Below are positions 1-13,069 of a DNA stretch of 64,000 nucleotides, piece by piece; position 1 is the stretch's first letter, and every line of letters starts with the position of its first letter. Position numbers and translations under genes: made by a program. This DNA is from Lama glama (lineage: Eukaryota): assembly GCA_028534125.1 (NCBI GenBank), contig CM052817.1, forward strand, positions 43,216,001 to 43,280,000, written 5' to 3'. Below the pieces are notes generated by a model that saw only the letters and a program-made list of their open reading frames with translations, was not told the origin of the DNA and made no database searches.

Positions 1-680
1 TGATTCCATAATTTGGGCAGGGCTTGGGGGGGGACCATTCGTCTCTGTTCCCTGTGATGTCTGCTGGTGCTGAAACATCCGTGATAGCATCTTGGCTCCT
101 GTGTCCAGCATCTCAGTAAACATGCCTCAAGGTGATGGGGAGCTGGCTGGAAGAGCTTGCCTGGGATCATGTATCTGGGACCTTGGTTCTTGCTGTCAGC
201 TGGGTCCTTTTCTCTGTGTATACTTAGGCCTGCTAGCTCTCCACGTGTCCTCTCATGTGGTCTCTCCACAGAGTCTCTGAGCTGCCTGTTTAAGAAAGCT
301 GGGTACCCTGCTTCCAAGAGTGAAAGTGTCTAGGTCCTTCAAGAGTAAATTCTTAAGGCTTAGGTTGTATTCTATTGGTTTCCCCATCTCAGCACCATTG
401 ACATTTGGGGCCAGAGAATTCTTTGTCGTGGAGTACTCTACTGTGCGTTGCTGGATGTTTAACACCTCCCTGGCCTCTACCCACTCAATGCACCTCCACT
501 TCCCTTAACTTATGACAAACAAAATTGCCTCCAAGCACTGTCAGATGTCCCCTGGGGAACAAAATCTCCCCTGGTTGAGAACTATTTGGTGAAAGCAAGT
601 CACAGGACCAGCCTTTGCTCAAGGGACGAGGCTGAGGAGGGCATGAATACCAGGAGACTGGATCCACTGAGAGCCTCCAG
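1..680 (-). mobile_element. MaLR LTR (MLT1-type) fragment interrupted by MER20
   Basis: MLT1-like motifs (aatttgggcagggctt..., ctctccacgtgtcctctc..., aaagcaagtcacaggaccagcc) on both sides of the MER20. Confidence 0.6.
374..587 (-). mobile_element. MER20 (hAT-Charlie MITE), near full length
   Basis: Antisense match to MER20 (cattgacatttgggg...ctggcctctacccact...atgtcccctgggg...ggttgagaact). Confidence 0.85.
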
Positions 681-1379
681 TATAACCAACTCTTATCACT
701 ATTACTATCTCTGAACATTGCTTGCTGCAGGAATCCCTGTTCTTGAATTCTGCCCACATGCTGGGCCATCTCTCCTTCTTTCTAATGGGCTGCTCATTCT
801 AACTGCTTGTCTGAACGTCCCCTCTCGTCCTTGGCAGTGCTCTGCATTCTCCACATCTCGTCACTGCTTTGGCTCCTCTCCTGCACCATCCTAGTGGCAA
901 GTTGTTTGAATTCTCTTCTCTCTTTCCCATCCTCTGTGGTTAACTGAGTTATCTCCAGTGCTCACACAGTAGCCCATGACCAGGCTCTGGGATAAGTAGG
1001 GCTGACCCTATGGCCTCTAAATATATACGCACATGTGTCCAACCCGGACTCATTAACAATTGCTACACTGTCTCCCTGAAAGGCACTTACTTGCCTGATC
1101 CACCAACCAACTCTTATTTTGGGGGGCAAGATTCATCTTAGGAGCTATCTCCTCTAGGAAACCTTCCTGGAAAGCCCAGTCTCTAGTCTGGTTTAGCAGT
1201 GACTTAAGGAGAAAGCTCATGTCATATTCATCTTTATGTTCCGAGCATAGTGTCTATTGCATGGAATATATTTCTTAGATCAATAAATGAATAATTTAAA
1301 AGCCAAATGAAAGCACTGAAAATTTGAGGAGAAACTGAGAAAGTGTGGGAGTGAATCATATTATTATTGAGGGGAATAA

Positions 1380-2470
1380 CCTTCTGGACAGGAGAAGCAG
1401 CAAGTTCATGGTCGGGAAGGCTGCAGTGGCCATGGTGTTTGAGGAAGAGCAGGGGCCAATGGGCGGGGGCCAAGTAAGGGAGGAAGACAGTGGCGGGAGA
1501 TAAGGTCAGACAGGAAACAGAACAAGATCATTTGGCTTTGCAGGTCAAGGTTAGGACTCTGGATCTGATTCCTAAGGAGATGAGAAGCAGAAGAGTGACT
1601 AACACTGACCTATATTTTTTGAGGGTTATTCTGGCTCCTGTGTTGAGAGGGGTCAGGGCCAGGGAGGAAGCAATGAGATGAGTTAGGAAGCTGTTGCAAT
1701 CATCTGGCAAGAGATGATGATGGCCTTTCCTGGTGGCTGGATGTGGATATGAGGGAAGGAGAGGTGTCAGGGATGACTGCATGGTTTGGGATCTGAGCAA
1801 GGAGAATGGACGGCTACTTTCTAAGAGGGGGAGAGTGTCTAGGGATGGAAATTAAGTCTAATTTTGATTTTTGAAGTATGAGATGCTTACTCTACATTCA
1901 ACAGGTTGCTGAGTAGACAGCTGGATATACAAGGGTGGAGTCCAGAGGAGATGTATAAACCAAACACATAAATGTGGAAGTTCTTAGCTCTATTACTTAA
2001 GCTAAGCTAAGTTTCTGTGATTAAAAAAAAAAGACAAAATACAAAGGCTCAATACTAGAAGGTTATTTCCCATAAGTCACCAGTCTAGGGGAGTTTCAGA
2101 TCATTGACAAACTGTGATAAGACCTGTTTCTTTGGAGAGCTGGGGACAAAAATATCATTGAAGTGGTTCAACAAAGCATGAGGGAAGGAGGAATTGAATT
2201 GGAGACAGTGTGTAGACAATTCACTCAAGGGGTTTCATTGTAAAGGGGAGCCAAGAAATGGGCAGTATCCTGAGGGAGACATAGCTTTGGAGTTGTTGTT
2301 GTTGTTACTGTTTTGAAATTTTTTAACGCTTGTTTAATAGGAAAAATTACAGTGTGTTTTTAGGCTGATGGGCATGGTTCAGTAGAGAGGAAAAGACTGA
2401 CGATGTAGGAAGGAGGGAGGAGAGTTTCAAGAGCCCAGTCCTAGAGTAGGCAGAGGAGATGCCAACCAGA
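1380..2470 (-). mobile_element. L2 LINE fragments
   Basis: Antisense L2 motifs (gagttaggaagctgttgcaatcatctggcaagagatgatga; gagtagacagctggatatac). Confidence 0.75.
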
Positions 2471-2984
2471 ATAAGGGCTTGGCTTTAGATAGGATCATGA
2501 ACCCCGGTGCATCCATAAAAACAGCAGCTAGCCCGAGTGTACAGGCACAGATGCAGGTCGGGGGGATCCACCTTCGCTGTAACGCATGGCAGTGCGTGAT
2601 GCCTAGTACTGACAAGTGCCCTACAAGTTCAGAAGAAGCAGAGATCATTTTTGTTTATGGCAATCAAGGAGGAAGTGTCACAAATAGAACTTGAAGGAGG
2701 CTAGGTTTTCATTAGGCAGAAGCGAGGGAAGGACATGCCTCCCTCGCTGAGGAACCGCAACCAGCACCAAGGATCTCTTATACCTATTATACCCCGGACT
2801 CCGCAGGCCCTGTGGTCAGCTTGGCTTTCCTTTGCCTCCAGGAAAGACGTTTGTGATTTTAAAAAAGTAGAATCACAGAGTGGAATGATAACTTTGACTT
2901 TCCCAACTTTGACATGGCCAACTTGTCTTTAGAGTTCCAGAATGGACAGCAAATCTCTGTTGGTCTTCAATAATCTACTTATTA

Positions 2985-3485
2985 ATTACATGTAGTTTAA
3001 AGTATAACACATATACACAGAAAAGTACGCAAATCGTAAGTCTCTTCATTAAATAAACATCCCTTCATAAGCAGCTTACAGTGAAGAAACAGAACTTGGC
3101 CAGCATCCCAGGGGCCCCCTTCATGCCACTTTGTAATCAGACTCTTCCCCCTCCACCCTCCAGCAAAATTATGATTATCCTGGCTTCTAAAATCATAGAT
3201 CAGTTTTGCCTAATTTTGAACTTGGTACAAATGGGATCCTACATTTTGTTCTTATTTTCTATCTGGTTTGTTTCACTCAGGATGTTTGTAGGATTCATCA
3301 GTATTGCTGGATATAACTGTAGGTTGTTCGTTCTCTTTGCTATGTGGTATTTTGCTGTATGACTATTCTAGAAAATCCCACTATTTATTAAATCGTTCTA
3401 CTGTTGATGTATGTTTGGATAATGTCCAAGTTTGGGAAATTAGGAATAGTGCTACTATGAACATTTTTGCACATGCCTTTTGGAA
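2985..3485 (-). mobile_element. Old L1 (L1ME/L1MC-type) 3' region
   Basis: catagatcagttttgcctaattttgaactt...aatagtgctactatgaacattttt is typical antisense old L1. Confidence 0.75.
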
Positions 3486-3964
3486 ATTTCCTTTAAGCAA
3501 AAACCTCTACATATTTTTAAAGGTTTGACAAAGTCTGCCTAGAGCTTTCATGTGTTTGCGCCCGGCTGCGCTTCCAGCACTAGCTGGCATGTACAGGCGA
3601 GCTTATGGGGTCAAAACGGCCACTTCCCAGTATTCTGGGGTGTGCTGCAGAGCTTCATACCAGATTACAAAAGGCAGGTAACCAAGCCTCTGGAGATGAA
3701 AATTAAGTATTGCACATAGGTGGTTTAGCAAAGGTCAAACAAAGATCACCATCTCCTTCCTGAATGGCTCTAATCCCAAACTATTAACACAGCTAATTCT
3801 CATTCCTTTTGAGCAACTCCAATGGCAAAGTTGGTGTCTTCACTGTTCCTGGCCATGGCTGTTTTGTTTATCACTGTATCTACAATGTACAGCACAATAG
3901 ACACAATATTTGTTTGCTGATAAACAGACTGTTTCAGTTGCTGATGGTGTACAGAGTCACAACC

Positions 3965-4568
3965 TTGTCCCTTCTCATAGGACACATTTTCTGTCCTATG
4001 GTAACCACTAATCACATGAAACTATGGAGTATTTGAAATGTGGCTAGTGTTGCTGAGGAACTGAATATTTTTATCATTGATCTTCACTGATTTAAATTAA
4101 AAAATGATACTCAAGTCTGTTATGGAAACTTCTAAGTACGTTTGGACCAACTTGGCCAGTGAATCTCCTTTTTCAACTGTAAATTTTATGAAATCTAAAT
4201 TCATATCAAATATTTCTGATAGATATTTCACAATCAACTTGAGATGCACTTAGTGTAAAATATACAAAAAGACTGTATAAAAAAAGAATGTGAAGTATCT
4301 CATTATAGTTTCTATATTGATTACAGATTGAAATAACAATATTTTGAATATGCTGGGGTAAATAAAGTAGATTATTTTTTTTAGCCAGCGGAGATTTTTT
4401 AAAATTCTTATTTTCCTATTGAAGTGTAGCTGATTCATGATGTTAGTTTCAGGTGTACAGCAGAGTCGATTATTAAATGTCATTTCACGTGCTTCTTTTT
4501 TGTTGTGACCACTGGCAAATTTTAAACTGTGTGTGTGGCTCATATTCTATTTCCGCTAAACAGTGCTG
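3965..4568. mobile_element. hAT-Charlie (Charlie1/MER33 group) DNA transposon remnant with nested short L1
   Basis: ttgaaatgtggctagtg...gaggaactgaat; gattacagattgaaataacaatattttg; terminal-like aaacagtgctg. Confidence 0.75.
4377..4467 (-). mobile_element. Very short L1 3' end insertion
   Basis: attgaagtgtagctgatt...ttagtttcaggtgtacagc, flanked by GATTATT at 4370-4376 and 4468-4474. Confidence 0.7.
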
Positions 4569-5721
4569 TTCTAGGGATTCCCAAATATAATGTTTCATGG
4601 TAATTCCTGATAACTGTCTGCCTCAGGAAGCTGCGTACGGATGTCTATATAAATAGAGGGTATGTTTCTGTATATATGGCTGATGGATGGTCAGGAAAAG
4701 GAGGCATGTTTCTTAGGGGAGAATGAATGTGAATTGTGGCGTCAAACCTGTCTGAGTTTGTATGCAAGCTCTGCTCCTTGACAGGTAGTGCATGAACTTC
4801 CAAATTTCCTCTAATGTAAATTAGGAAGATGAATACATTGTGGATACTGTCAGCGCTCCACCCAGATTCCCTGGGTCTTATTTATTGTTTCTGTGCATGT
4901 ACGCACCCACTCCCTATCTCCAGTGGAGGCACAGATCATACCCCTGAATTCCCCTGGGACCTCCAGCCGAAGTCAACTTCACCCAGAAATCGTACCCTTG
5001 CTTCCCCTCTTCCACTTCCCTCATCCAAGGGTCAGCTTTCGAGAACCCACCCCAGGGTAGTTCTTGGGGGGATTAAATGAGCAGTGCCTGACACCGTGGA
5101 ATTTTTCAACCCTACCCCATGACGACACCAGCCAGTACACTCCAACGATCTGACTATCACATCAGGATGGTGGTGAGTTTGTACTGAGACACCCATAGTT
5201 TCTCTCTCTCAGATCTTCACCTACCTCTAAACATTTTTTTTTCATCAACTCAGTATAACAAGCATGTAAAAACTCATGGATTCATGGGACCTTAGAGAAC
5301 ACAAATCTATTTGTAAAAACAAATGTTACATCTGTTTCTGTGATTTCTCCCTGAGAACACTGTTAGTCCCGTGCTGTGGGTAATTCAACCACTCCTAGGG
5401 TATAAATTGTACTGCTCTGGGGCAAGGTGGAGGATTCACTCTTCAGAATCAAAAAAGGAGAGTCCTTCACTCATAAAAGAACTTGCTGACTCATCACACA
5501 CACAGACTAGATTCAATCATATAAATCCACATATGAATGTTGTGATTATAGCATTTTATATCCTAAAGACAATCTGTTTATATTTTTACATACTTCTAGG
5601 TCATTCTCTTGACAAGTTTTTAATAATACTAATAGTTATCATTTATTGAAGTTTATTATATGCCAGACATTATTTTAAAGGATTGACGGACACTATCTCA
5701 TTGAATCTGCTCAAAAACTCA

Positions 5722-5990
5722 GTTCAAATAGTAACTCCTCAGAGAAGCCTTCCCTGGATGCTCTGAATTAGCCACCTTCAGCTACCATGACTTGGAATTT
5801 TTGTTTATTTGCTTTAAGTGTTTTTTGTGCCTCTCTCCACCCACCCCTTGCCTATCCCAATTAGAATGTGTGTTACAGACAGTGAGCACTTTTTTGTCTT
5901 GCATACCACTGTCTCACAGTTCCTAGGACAGTGCCTGGCCTATGGTTGACAACCAGTAAATATTTATTGAATTAAAGAATGAATGAAAAT
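5722..5990 (+). mobile_element. L2 3' end
   Basis: tcctcagagaagccttccctg...cagtgcctggc...taaatatttattgaat...gaatgaatga. Confidence 0.8.
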
Positions 5991-5992
5991 AA

Positions 5993-6330
5993 GATCGCTC
6001 ATATGTGGAATCTAAAAAAAAAAAGCATAAATATAAAACAGAAATAGACTCACTGACATAGAATACAAACTTGTGGTTGCCAGGGGGGCGGGGGGTGGGA
6101 AGAAATAGACTGGGATTTCAAAATTTTAGAATAGATAAACAAGATTATACTGTATAGCACAGGGAAATATATACAAGATCTTATGGTAGCTCACAGAGAA
6201 AAATGTGACAATGAATATATATGTTCATGTATAACTGAAAAATTGTGCTCTACACTGGTATTTGACACAACATTGTAAAATGATTATAAATCAATAAAAA
6301 GTGTTATAAAGAAAAAAGAAAGAAAGGAAA
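5993..6330 (+). mobile_element. Young 5'-truncated L1 3' end
   Basis: atatgtggaatctaaaaaa...aaacttgtggttgccagggggg...ctgtatagcacaggga...caataaaaa plus A-rich tail. Confidence 0.9.
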
Positions 6331-6529
6331 ACTTAATATAGACGAGAACTCTGAAGCCCAGAGAGGCTAAAAGTTTAAGATCCCAGAGCTGGGGAAAGGC
6401 CATGCTCTTATTTGAACCGCTGTCTCTTATCCAGTATGCCCTGCTGTCCTTTATATGATATGGGCTACAGAAACATGGCATATCTTACCCATAAGGAAAG
6501 CACTCTCTGATAAGAGAGGAGTAACATTT

Positions 6530-6780
6530 CACTTCCAATCAACAAACATGTGCTCACCGTTACTGGGAACCATACTGAGCACTAGGGACACAGAAGTAAA
6601 CAACATGAATACAGCCCAGTCCAGCACGGGCCTTTTGTCTAAACTCAGGTAGGAAATACCAACATTACATGTAGGAACAAGTGAAAGGAATGTACAGAGA
6701 CAGAAAAGAACAGTGAGGCAAGCCGACTGAGTCAAGGGAATCAAGGGAGCCTTCTCTGTGGGAGGGAATGTAGCCTGTTC
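6530..6780 (-). mobile_element. L2 3' fragment
   Basis: caatcaacaaacatgtgctc...ctgagcactagggacacagaagtaaac. Confidence 0.6.
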
Positions 6781-7079
6781 AAGAAAGCGAGAAGAGTAAC
6801 AGCATGAAGGTCGTGGAGAGGTGAGGGCGAGAATGGCAGGAGGTAAACAGAGACCAGCCTTGAAAATGGCATCTATAAATGATGCTCACACAAGGCGGAG
6901 TGCGATCTGTCCCCACAGTGCTGCGGGAGCTCAGAGAACTGTAAATCAGATCCCCCCTCCAGGGAAGCTTTCGTGAAGTCATTGTAATGACACTACTTAT
7001 ACGAAAAGAATGTTTGTTTTAAAAGACTATAGATACACTGAGACAGGAGAAGAGCATCCAAACAGTTGCTTATTCCTCT

Positions 7080-8060
7080 CTTAATTTTACTTTTCGAGTG
7101 AGTAACACATTCCTCTGGTTTTACATACATAATACATAAAACTAGAAAATATCCCACTTCTAACCTGTCCAATTCCCAAACCTCACACCACCATAGGTAA
7201 TCTCTTTTATTTTTTATATTTTATTTAACATATAAACTTCCAAAATTATTTTACACAAACACAAGCAGCTGTAAATATAAAATTTTAAACCCCCTCCCCT
7301 CTCTTCTACTGCATTATGTGGCATACTGTATACAGGCATGCCTCATTTTATTTCCTTTTGCTTTATTGCATTTCTCAGATACTGTGGGGGTTTTTTTAAT
7401 TGGGGGTTTGTGGCAATCCTGCATCGATCAAGTCTATCGATGCCATTTCTCCACCAGCATTTGCTCTCTTTGTGTCTCTGTGTCCCATTTTGGCAATTCT
7501 TGCACTATTTTAAACTTTTTTATTATTATTATATTTGTTATGGTGACCCGTGATCAGTGATCTTTCATTTACTATTGTAATTGTTATGCTTTTTTGAAGC
7601 AATGAAGTATTTTTAAATTAAAGTATATACCTTGTTTTTTAAGATATGATGCTACTGCACACTTAATAGACTGCAGTGTAGCATAAACAAAACTCGTCTA
7701 TATGTTGGGAAACCAAAAGATTTGCGTGACTCACTTTACTGCAATACTCACTTTATTGTGGTGATCTGGAACTGAACTGGTAATACGTGTGCCATTTTGT
7801 CCTTTACTTAACAACATATCTTGGAACTCTTCCCACATCTGCACATAGAGAACTTCCTCATTTATTTACAGCTACACAGTGTTCATATGAACATACCATA
7901 ATTTATTTAACTAGCCTCTTTTTATTGATGACTTTTGGGGTGTTTCCAATTTTTAGCTATTGAATAGTTTTGTAGATATGACAACTTGTAACTGTGCAAA
8001 TGTATTTATTATTTTAAAAGCTATTGCTGAATTGCCCTAAGTAGGGGTTATATGAAAATG
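7080..8060 (-). mobile_element. Old L1M fragment hosting a Tigger1 derivative
   Basis: L1ME-like sequence on both sides of the Tigger. Confidence 0.6.
7333..7785 (+). mobile_element. Tigger1 internal-deletion derivative (TcMar-Tigger)
   Basis: TA|CAGGCATGCCTCATTTTAT left end joined to the Tigger1 right-end sequence (gcacacttaatagact...gactcacttta...tggaactgaac). Confidence 0.85.
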
Positions 8061-8871
8061 TTTCCCATATAGTCTCTAGCTTTAACTACAAAACTAACTG
8101 TAAGTCAGAGAAGCAAATACAATGATTTTTTTAAATGATGCCACTAGATTTGTTCCTGGTCAATAAAATGCTGGATACAACTAAAAATTTTAAATGGAAG
8201 ATTGTGTCATATGGGAGAAAGTGTTGTCACATATTCAAAAGTGTTGACCTCTGTCTTTAGCTACATGTTAGTGAGAATAAGTCCACAGGCCTTGGATGAT
8301 GTATATAATATTCCTCATATTCACATTCTATCTATCTCCCCAAATGGATTCATTCTATTTATGTGATCTCTTTCATCTTAGAAACTCCAAACCCCTTATA
8401 AATACTTCTTGTGAATATTAACAATATCATGATATGGAGAAAACCATCACTTTGTAGAGACAATTCCTTGGGAAAAGGGGCCCCATCGATTTCATCTACC
8501 CTGATCACACGCATAAAAGCTCCAGCTGGCAAGTGGTACCATTGGGAAATGACTTCTTATACTAAGTTTGCAAGCGATAAGCTGACAAATTACATTTAAT
8601 GATCTGAAGTTAATTTCTATCTCTGTAAGAAGCAGCCATTTGTTTGCCTGGCCCCAGGTTCTGCAGCCATTCCTGAGGCAGTGCCACTATGCTCCCTCTG
8701 GGGCAAGAAGACTGTCAGTCGATGAGGAGACACACACATTCCCCGGAACAGCACTAGAAGAGAGAACAAGCAGAGCAGAGGGGAAAGAAGAGAGGGATCC
8801 AGAACCAGGGTTGTTAAGAGACAACAGCATTTACTAGTCTAATGTCTGTTAAAAACAAAGTGAAAATCTAG

Positions 8872-9128
8872 AAGACAAATGGAGAAAAGAGGGGAGGGTG
8901 GAGGGTTAAACTGAGAGTTCGGGATTAGCAGATACTAACTACTACATATAAAATAGGTAAACAAGTTCCTACTGTACATCACAGGAAATTATATTCAATA
9001 CCTTGTAATAGCCTATAATGAAAAAAATATGAAAAGTAATATACATATATATAACTAGATCACTATGCTGTACACCAGAAATTAATGCAATATTATAAAC
9101 TGACTCTACCTCAATATAAAAATTTTTT
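8872..9128 (+). mobile_element. 5'-truncated L1 3' end with TSD
   Basis: gagttcgggattagcagatact...ctgtacaccagaaa...; imperfect TSD taaaaacaaagtgaaaatctag / taaaaactaagtgacaatcaag. Confidence 0.9.
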
Positions 9129-9829
9129 TAAAAACTAAGTGACAATCAAGCTTAAAAGGACATAGAACAAGAACAGGACAGAATTTAGAAATATGGGGCA
9201 CCTGCCAAACAAGATTAGGGTTTTCGTGGAACTGACTACATTTAAAAGAGAAAGACTTACAGCTGACATTTAAAATATAGGCATTATCCAAATAAGAGAT
9301 TTGGTAAGATCCATATCCAGCCACCTGCATCACAAATTTTAGAGTTTCTGTGACTAGGTTTAAGTAATGTTGACCTAAAGGTCAAACGTGCCTCATAAAC
9401 TGAGTTCATGTTCATTGCCGGTGTTCAAATGTCCACAGCTGAGTTTGCAAGTCCATGGTGAATAGATTTAGTGACTGCTTGCTAGGAAGCATCTACTGCT
9501 GTTTCTTTTTTCTTTTACTTTGTTTAAGGATGACTCATCAAAAAAGGAGATTATTGGTGCCTGTGTAAAAGGTAATGAATTTACAGTCACAAACTTTGAC
9601 ATGTAAGAAACATCACGTTTTACCTCTTCCTTGTTGCTGTTGTTGTTTAAAAACAAAAGTGTTTATTTTTTTTCTTAATTGATTTCTTTAAAATTCATCC
9701 TAATCCACTGGGTGGTGGAAAATTGAATCTGTCATAATTGGGGTTTCATCTCCCGCTGATCACACAGGACTCAAGGATGCACATGCAATACCCAGAAAAC
9801 AGGGTGTGGCAGTCAGTGTGGTTCTGGCT

Positions 9830-10236
9830 AACCCAAGAGACATTCCCAGTCTCCTTCTGCTTTGGCCACTGTTTTTGCTGCTACAGCTGGACAAGTGGTC
9901 AAGTGCTAGTACTGGCCAGTGCTGGGGGCAAAAGACATGCTTTGCCTTTCCTGAAAAAATGGCTGCAGCATCCTAGGACTCCCTTTTCCTCTCCCTCTCC
10001 TGAGTTAATCTGGATGTGATATCTGGAACTGTAGCAGTCATCTTGCAACCATGAAGAATAGGCCAAGAGAATTGCAGATTTGGTGGCCCCAACATCATTG
10101 ACCCACTGAACCAATTCCAGGATCCACTTTCTTCCAGAGCTTCTTGTCGTGAGAGAAAAAACAAATACTCTCTTCATTTAAGCCACTGTATTGTGGATTT
10201 TTCATTATTTGCAGCTTAAAGCATTTCTAACCAATT
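9830..10236 (+). mobile_element. MaLR LTR (MLT1I/J-like)
   Basis: ctggaactgtagcagtcatcttgcaaccatga...tttaagccactg...gcagcttaaagcatttctaac. Confidence 0.75.
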
Positions 10237-11139
10237 CAAAGAGGAAACTACTCTCCAGGGCATCCTGGCTGCTGCTGATATATTTATTGTCCAAAGGTTC
10301 CTTGAAATTCAGTTTCAGACTACTCCTGGGCCCTTCACTGAACATAGGAAATGGCCAGGGCTGGGACCCTGGTGCCTAGGGTTCAAAAACCATGCAGCCA
10401 TCCTTCCTGAGGCCCAGCCTGGGAGCCAGGAGCAGGGGCGACTTTAAAAACCTATAGACGACTCTTCCTGCCCTGCGTGGAAAAGTTCACCCTTTTCTCC
10501 TCTCACCTCTTTCAAAGGCACTTTGCCTTCTCTTTCTCCATTCAGGACATCAGTTATAATCTCTTCTGTGAGTTGAGGTGTTTACAAATAAATGGGGTCC
10601 CTTTTCTCGTGAAGCTTCTGCTTTCCTTTCAGCTACCAACCCTGAGACAATGGAGCAAACTGAGCTATCTGCTTCAAACGTAGAACAGAAAACCAAAGAG
10701 AGAACAACACGTCAGTATTTTAATAAATTTCCTTGCCCACTTTCCAGTCTAGGGAAGTAGCCATCATGGCAAGAGACAGTGTGAGAATAATGACAGCTGA
10801 TTAACTAGAATGACTTTTGAGCCCTGTGCTGACCTGCATGGATGAAATCATCTGGCTTGTTTCTCATCTGTACAGCAGGTTTTCCAACGCATGGATAACA
10901 CAGGGGCTCTGCTTCTTCATAAACAAGAGAGCTGGGGTGGTTTGGATGTGTGGTATGCAGATGTGAAGGGGGAGAAGAAAAGGAGGTTGGGGACGCCTAG
11001 CTATTCATCCTGGACTTGGCCACTTCTAAGGCTGCCATTTTGACCTTCACTGTTTCTGTTCCAGAAGTCAGAGCTTTCATTTGAAAGTGTTTGCCTTTTG
11101 TTACTGTTTTGGTTTTTTCAGTGGGAAGTTTTATTTATG

Positions 11140-11686
11140 GTTTTAAATTTGATTTCTCGAAAAGGTAATCATTTACATAATTAATTGCAGAATCGATTGT
11201 AAAAGCCAATGACTGGAAACAACGTAACTATCAACAGAAATCTGGCTGAAACAAATTACCATACAGACATAGCCTGGCATCCTAGATGGCTGTAAAACTG
11301 ACTGAGGACGTGCTCTGTCCTCTTCCCAGACTATTGTCTTTGATCTACTTGTTTTCCACACCCTTCATAGGTTAAGTTTTTATGAATCTTTTTGGAGTTT
11401 CTTTATGCACAAGTAAATAAAAATGTAGATTCTTATTTTTTTTTTTCTATGGAAAGTAAGCTACTTCACATACTGTTCTGCTCCTTGTTTATTTTGCTTA
11501 CTAATGTATCTTGGATCTCTTTCCAAAAGAAAGTCTTTCATTCGTCCAAAGTCTTCTTTCCCATCATGCTGTGGTGTCTTAGAGTTTTCTTCATATAGGT
11601 CTTGCACATTTCTTATTAGGTTTATTCCTAGATATCATATCTTTTGGAGGTTGTATTCTCTTCCATTTTTCCATTGGTTGCTGTTT

Positions 11687-11728
<42 letters not shown>

Positions 11729-11790
11729 TTGCTCATTAACTTTTTACCCTTCTCTTTGCTTTGATTTTTAAGCATTTCCACAATTCTGAT
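11140..11790 (-). mobile_element. Old L1M fragments
   Basis: cacatactgttctgctccttg; tcttgcacatttcttattaggtttattcctagatat. Confidence 0.6.
11690..11723. repeat. (TA)n microsatellite
   Basis: Pure TA run. Confidence 0.95.
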
Positions 11791-12724
11791 TAAGTTAACT
11801 AAATTCTCTTTTGGCTCAGATTTCCTTTTACAAGGCAAAGCTCTGTGTACTGAGGTTTGGTGTCACGATTGCTGCAAGTCATAAGGTGCTCAGGACTCCT
11901 CACAATGAGATAATCCTCTGACCTTCAGAGCATACTTATAATTCAGAGACTTGGTATAAAGGTACTGCCAGACTATAGCTCAATCAAAAGTACAAAATAC
12001 TTTTACAAAAACTGTTTTACCCACATGCGATAACACAGCGAATGAATATCTGGACAGATGTTTGATTTGTTAGTTGAACTACAATCTCTTTGGTGCTTAT
12101 CATCCACTGTGCCTTACATTTTGGGGGACACAAAAGGGAAGTTTCCCTGTATTTAAGTTTGGGTGCCAGCTCAGCACCTCTGAGCCCAGTGAGGTCTTTC
12201 TGCACAATCATCTGAGCTGCCTGCCAGCATAAGATCTTACAACTTTAACGCCATATAATGACAGTAAATGTCTTCTATTCCTGTATTAATTGTAGGCAGT
12301 CATAATTGTCCAGAAGGGACCAATATTATCAGACCTATTACGTACTCCTTAATGCAATGGAACTCTAAGTAGGTGGCTTTTAAATGAAACAGTCCTATAT
12401 AGCCATTTTCCTAAAAACTTGGACCCAAAAGGTTATTCAATCAAAACCCAAATACCTGTGACCAAGTATCATTCCCTTTCAATAAAAAGCCCTACATTTT
12501 CATAATGGTCTACAATAGCTGTCCCCAAATTACAGGAAAAATATTTTTTCGAAGTTTTCCATTATTCGGGGGAAAATTGCAAAGCTTGTGGCTCTTCCTA
12601 GGCCATATTTCTCCCTCAATGTCTATTTTCCAGTTATTTCAGCTTTCATCAGCAGTTTCATCAGAGCCCATTGGGGGAAATCACAAGATCTGGGGAATGG
12701 ATTAAAGAACTACAGAGGGCTGGA

Positions 12725-12890
12725 GCTCACCTATCCCACATCTTCCTCTCACAGATAAAGAAACCAAGGGACAGAACGGTTTGAGTGACTTCCCCAACAT
12801 CACACAGTGGCTTCCTGAGAGAGCTGGGACTGGGAGCCAGGTTTCCTGCTCCCCCGCCGGGCACGCGTTCTACCGCGCCGTGTTGCTCAC
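12725..12890 (-). mobile_element. MIR
   Basis: acagataaagaaacc...gtgacttccccaacatcacacag...gagctgggactgggagccagg. Confidence 0.75.
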
Positions 12891-13069
12891 TCCTAGACAC
12901 GAAGGAAAAGCACCCCGGCAATGATTACGGACAGAGATGTGCCAACTAACAACGACGCCTCATGCACACACTCGGTGTTTTTTCTGCGCATCTTTTTCCT
13001 TGCGGGCAATCCCATCCACTCCCATCCTTGTCTCTACTACCTGTGCGATCAGGGACTTAAGTGGTATCG

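Larger units (their letters stand above)
5620..6460 (-). mobile_element. MIR split by nested L2 and L1
   Basis: MIR halves at about 5620-5720 and 6340-6460. Confidence 0.6.

Noticed and set aside
6082..6098. G-quadruplex-like G tract
   Set aside because: Standard G-rich tract of the L1 3' UTR
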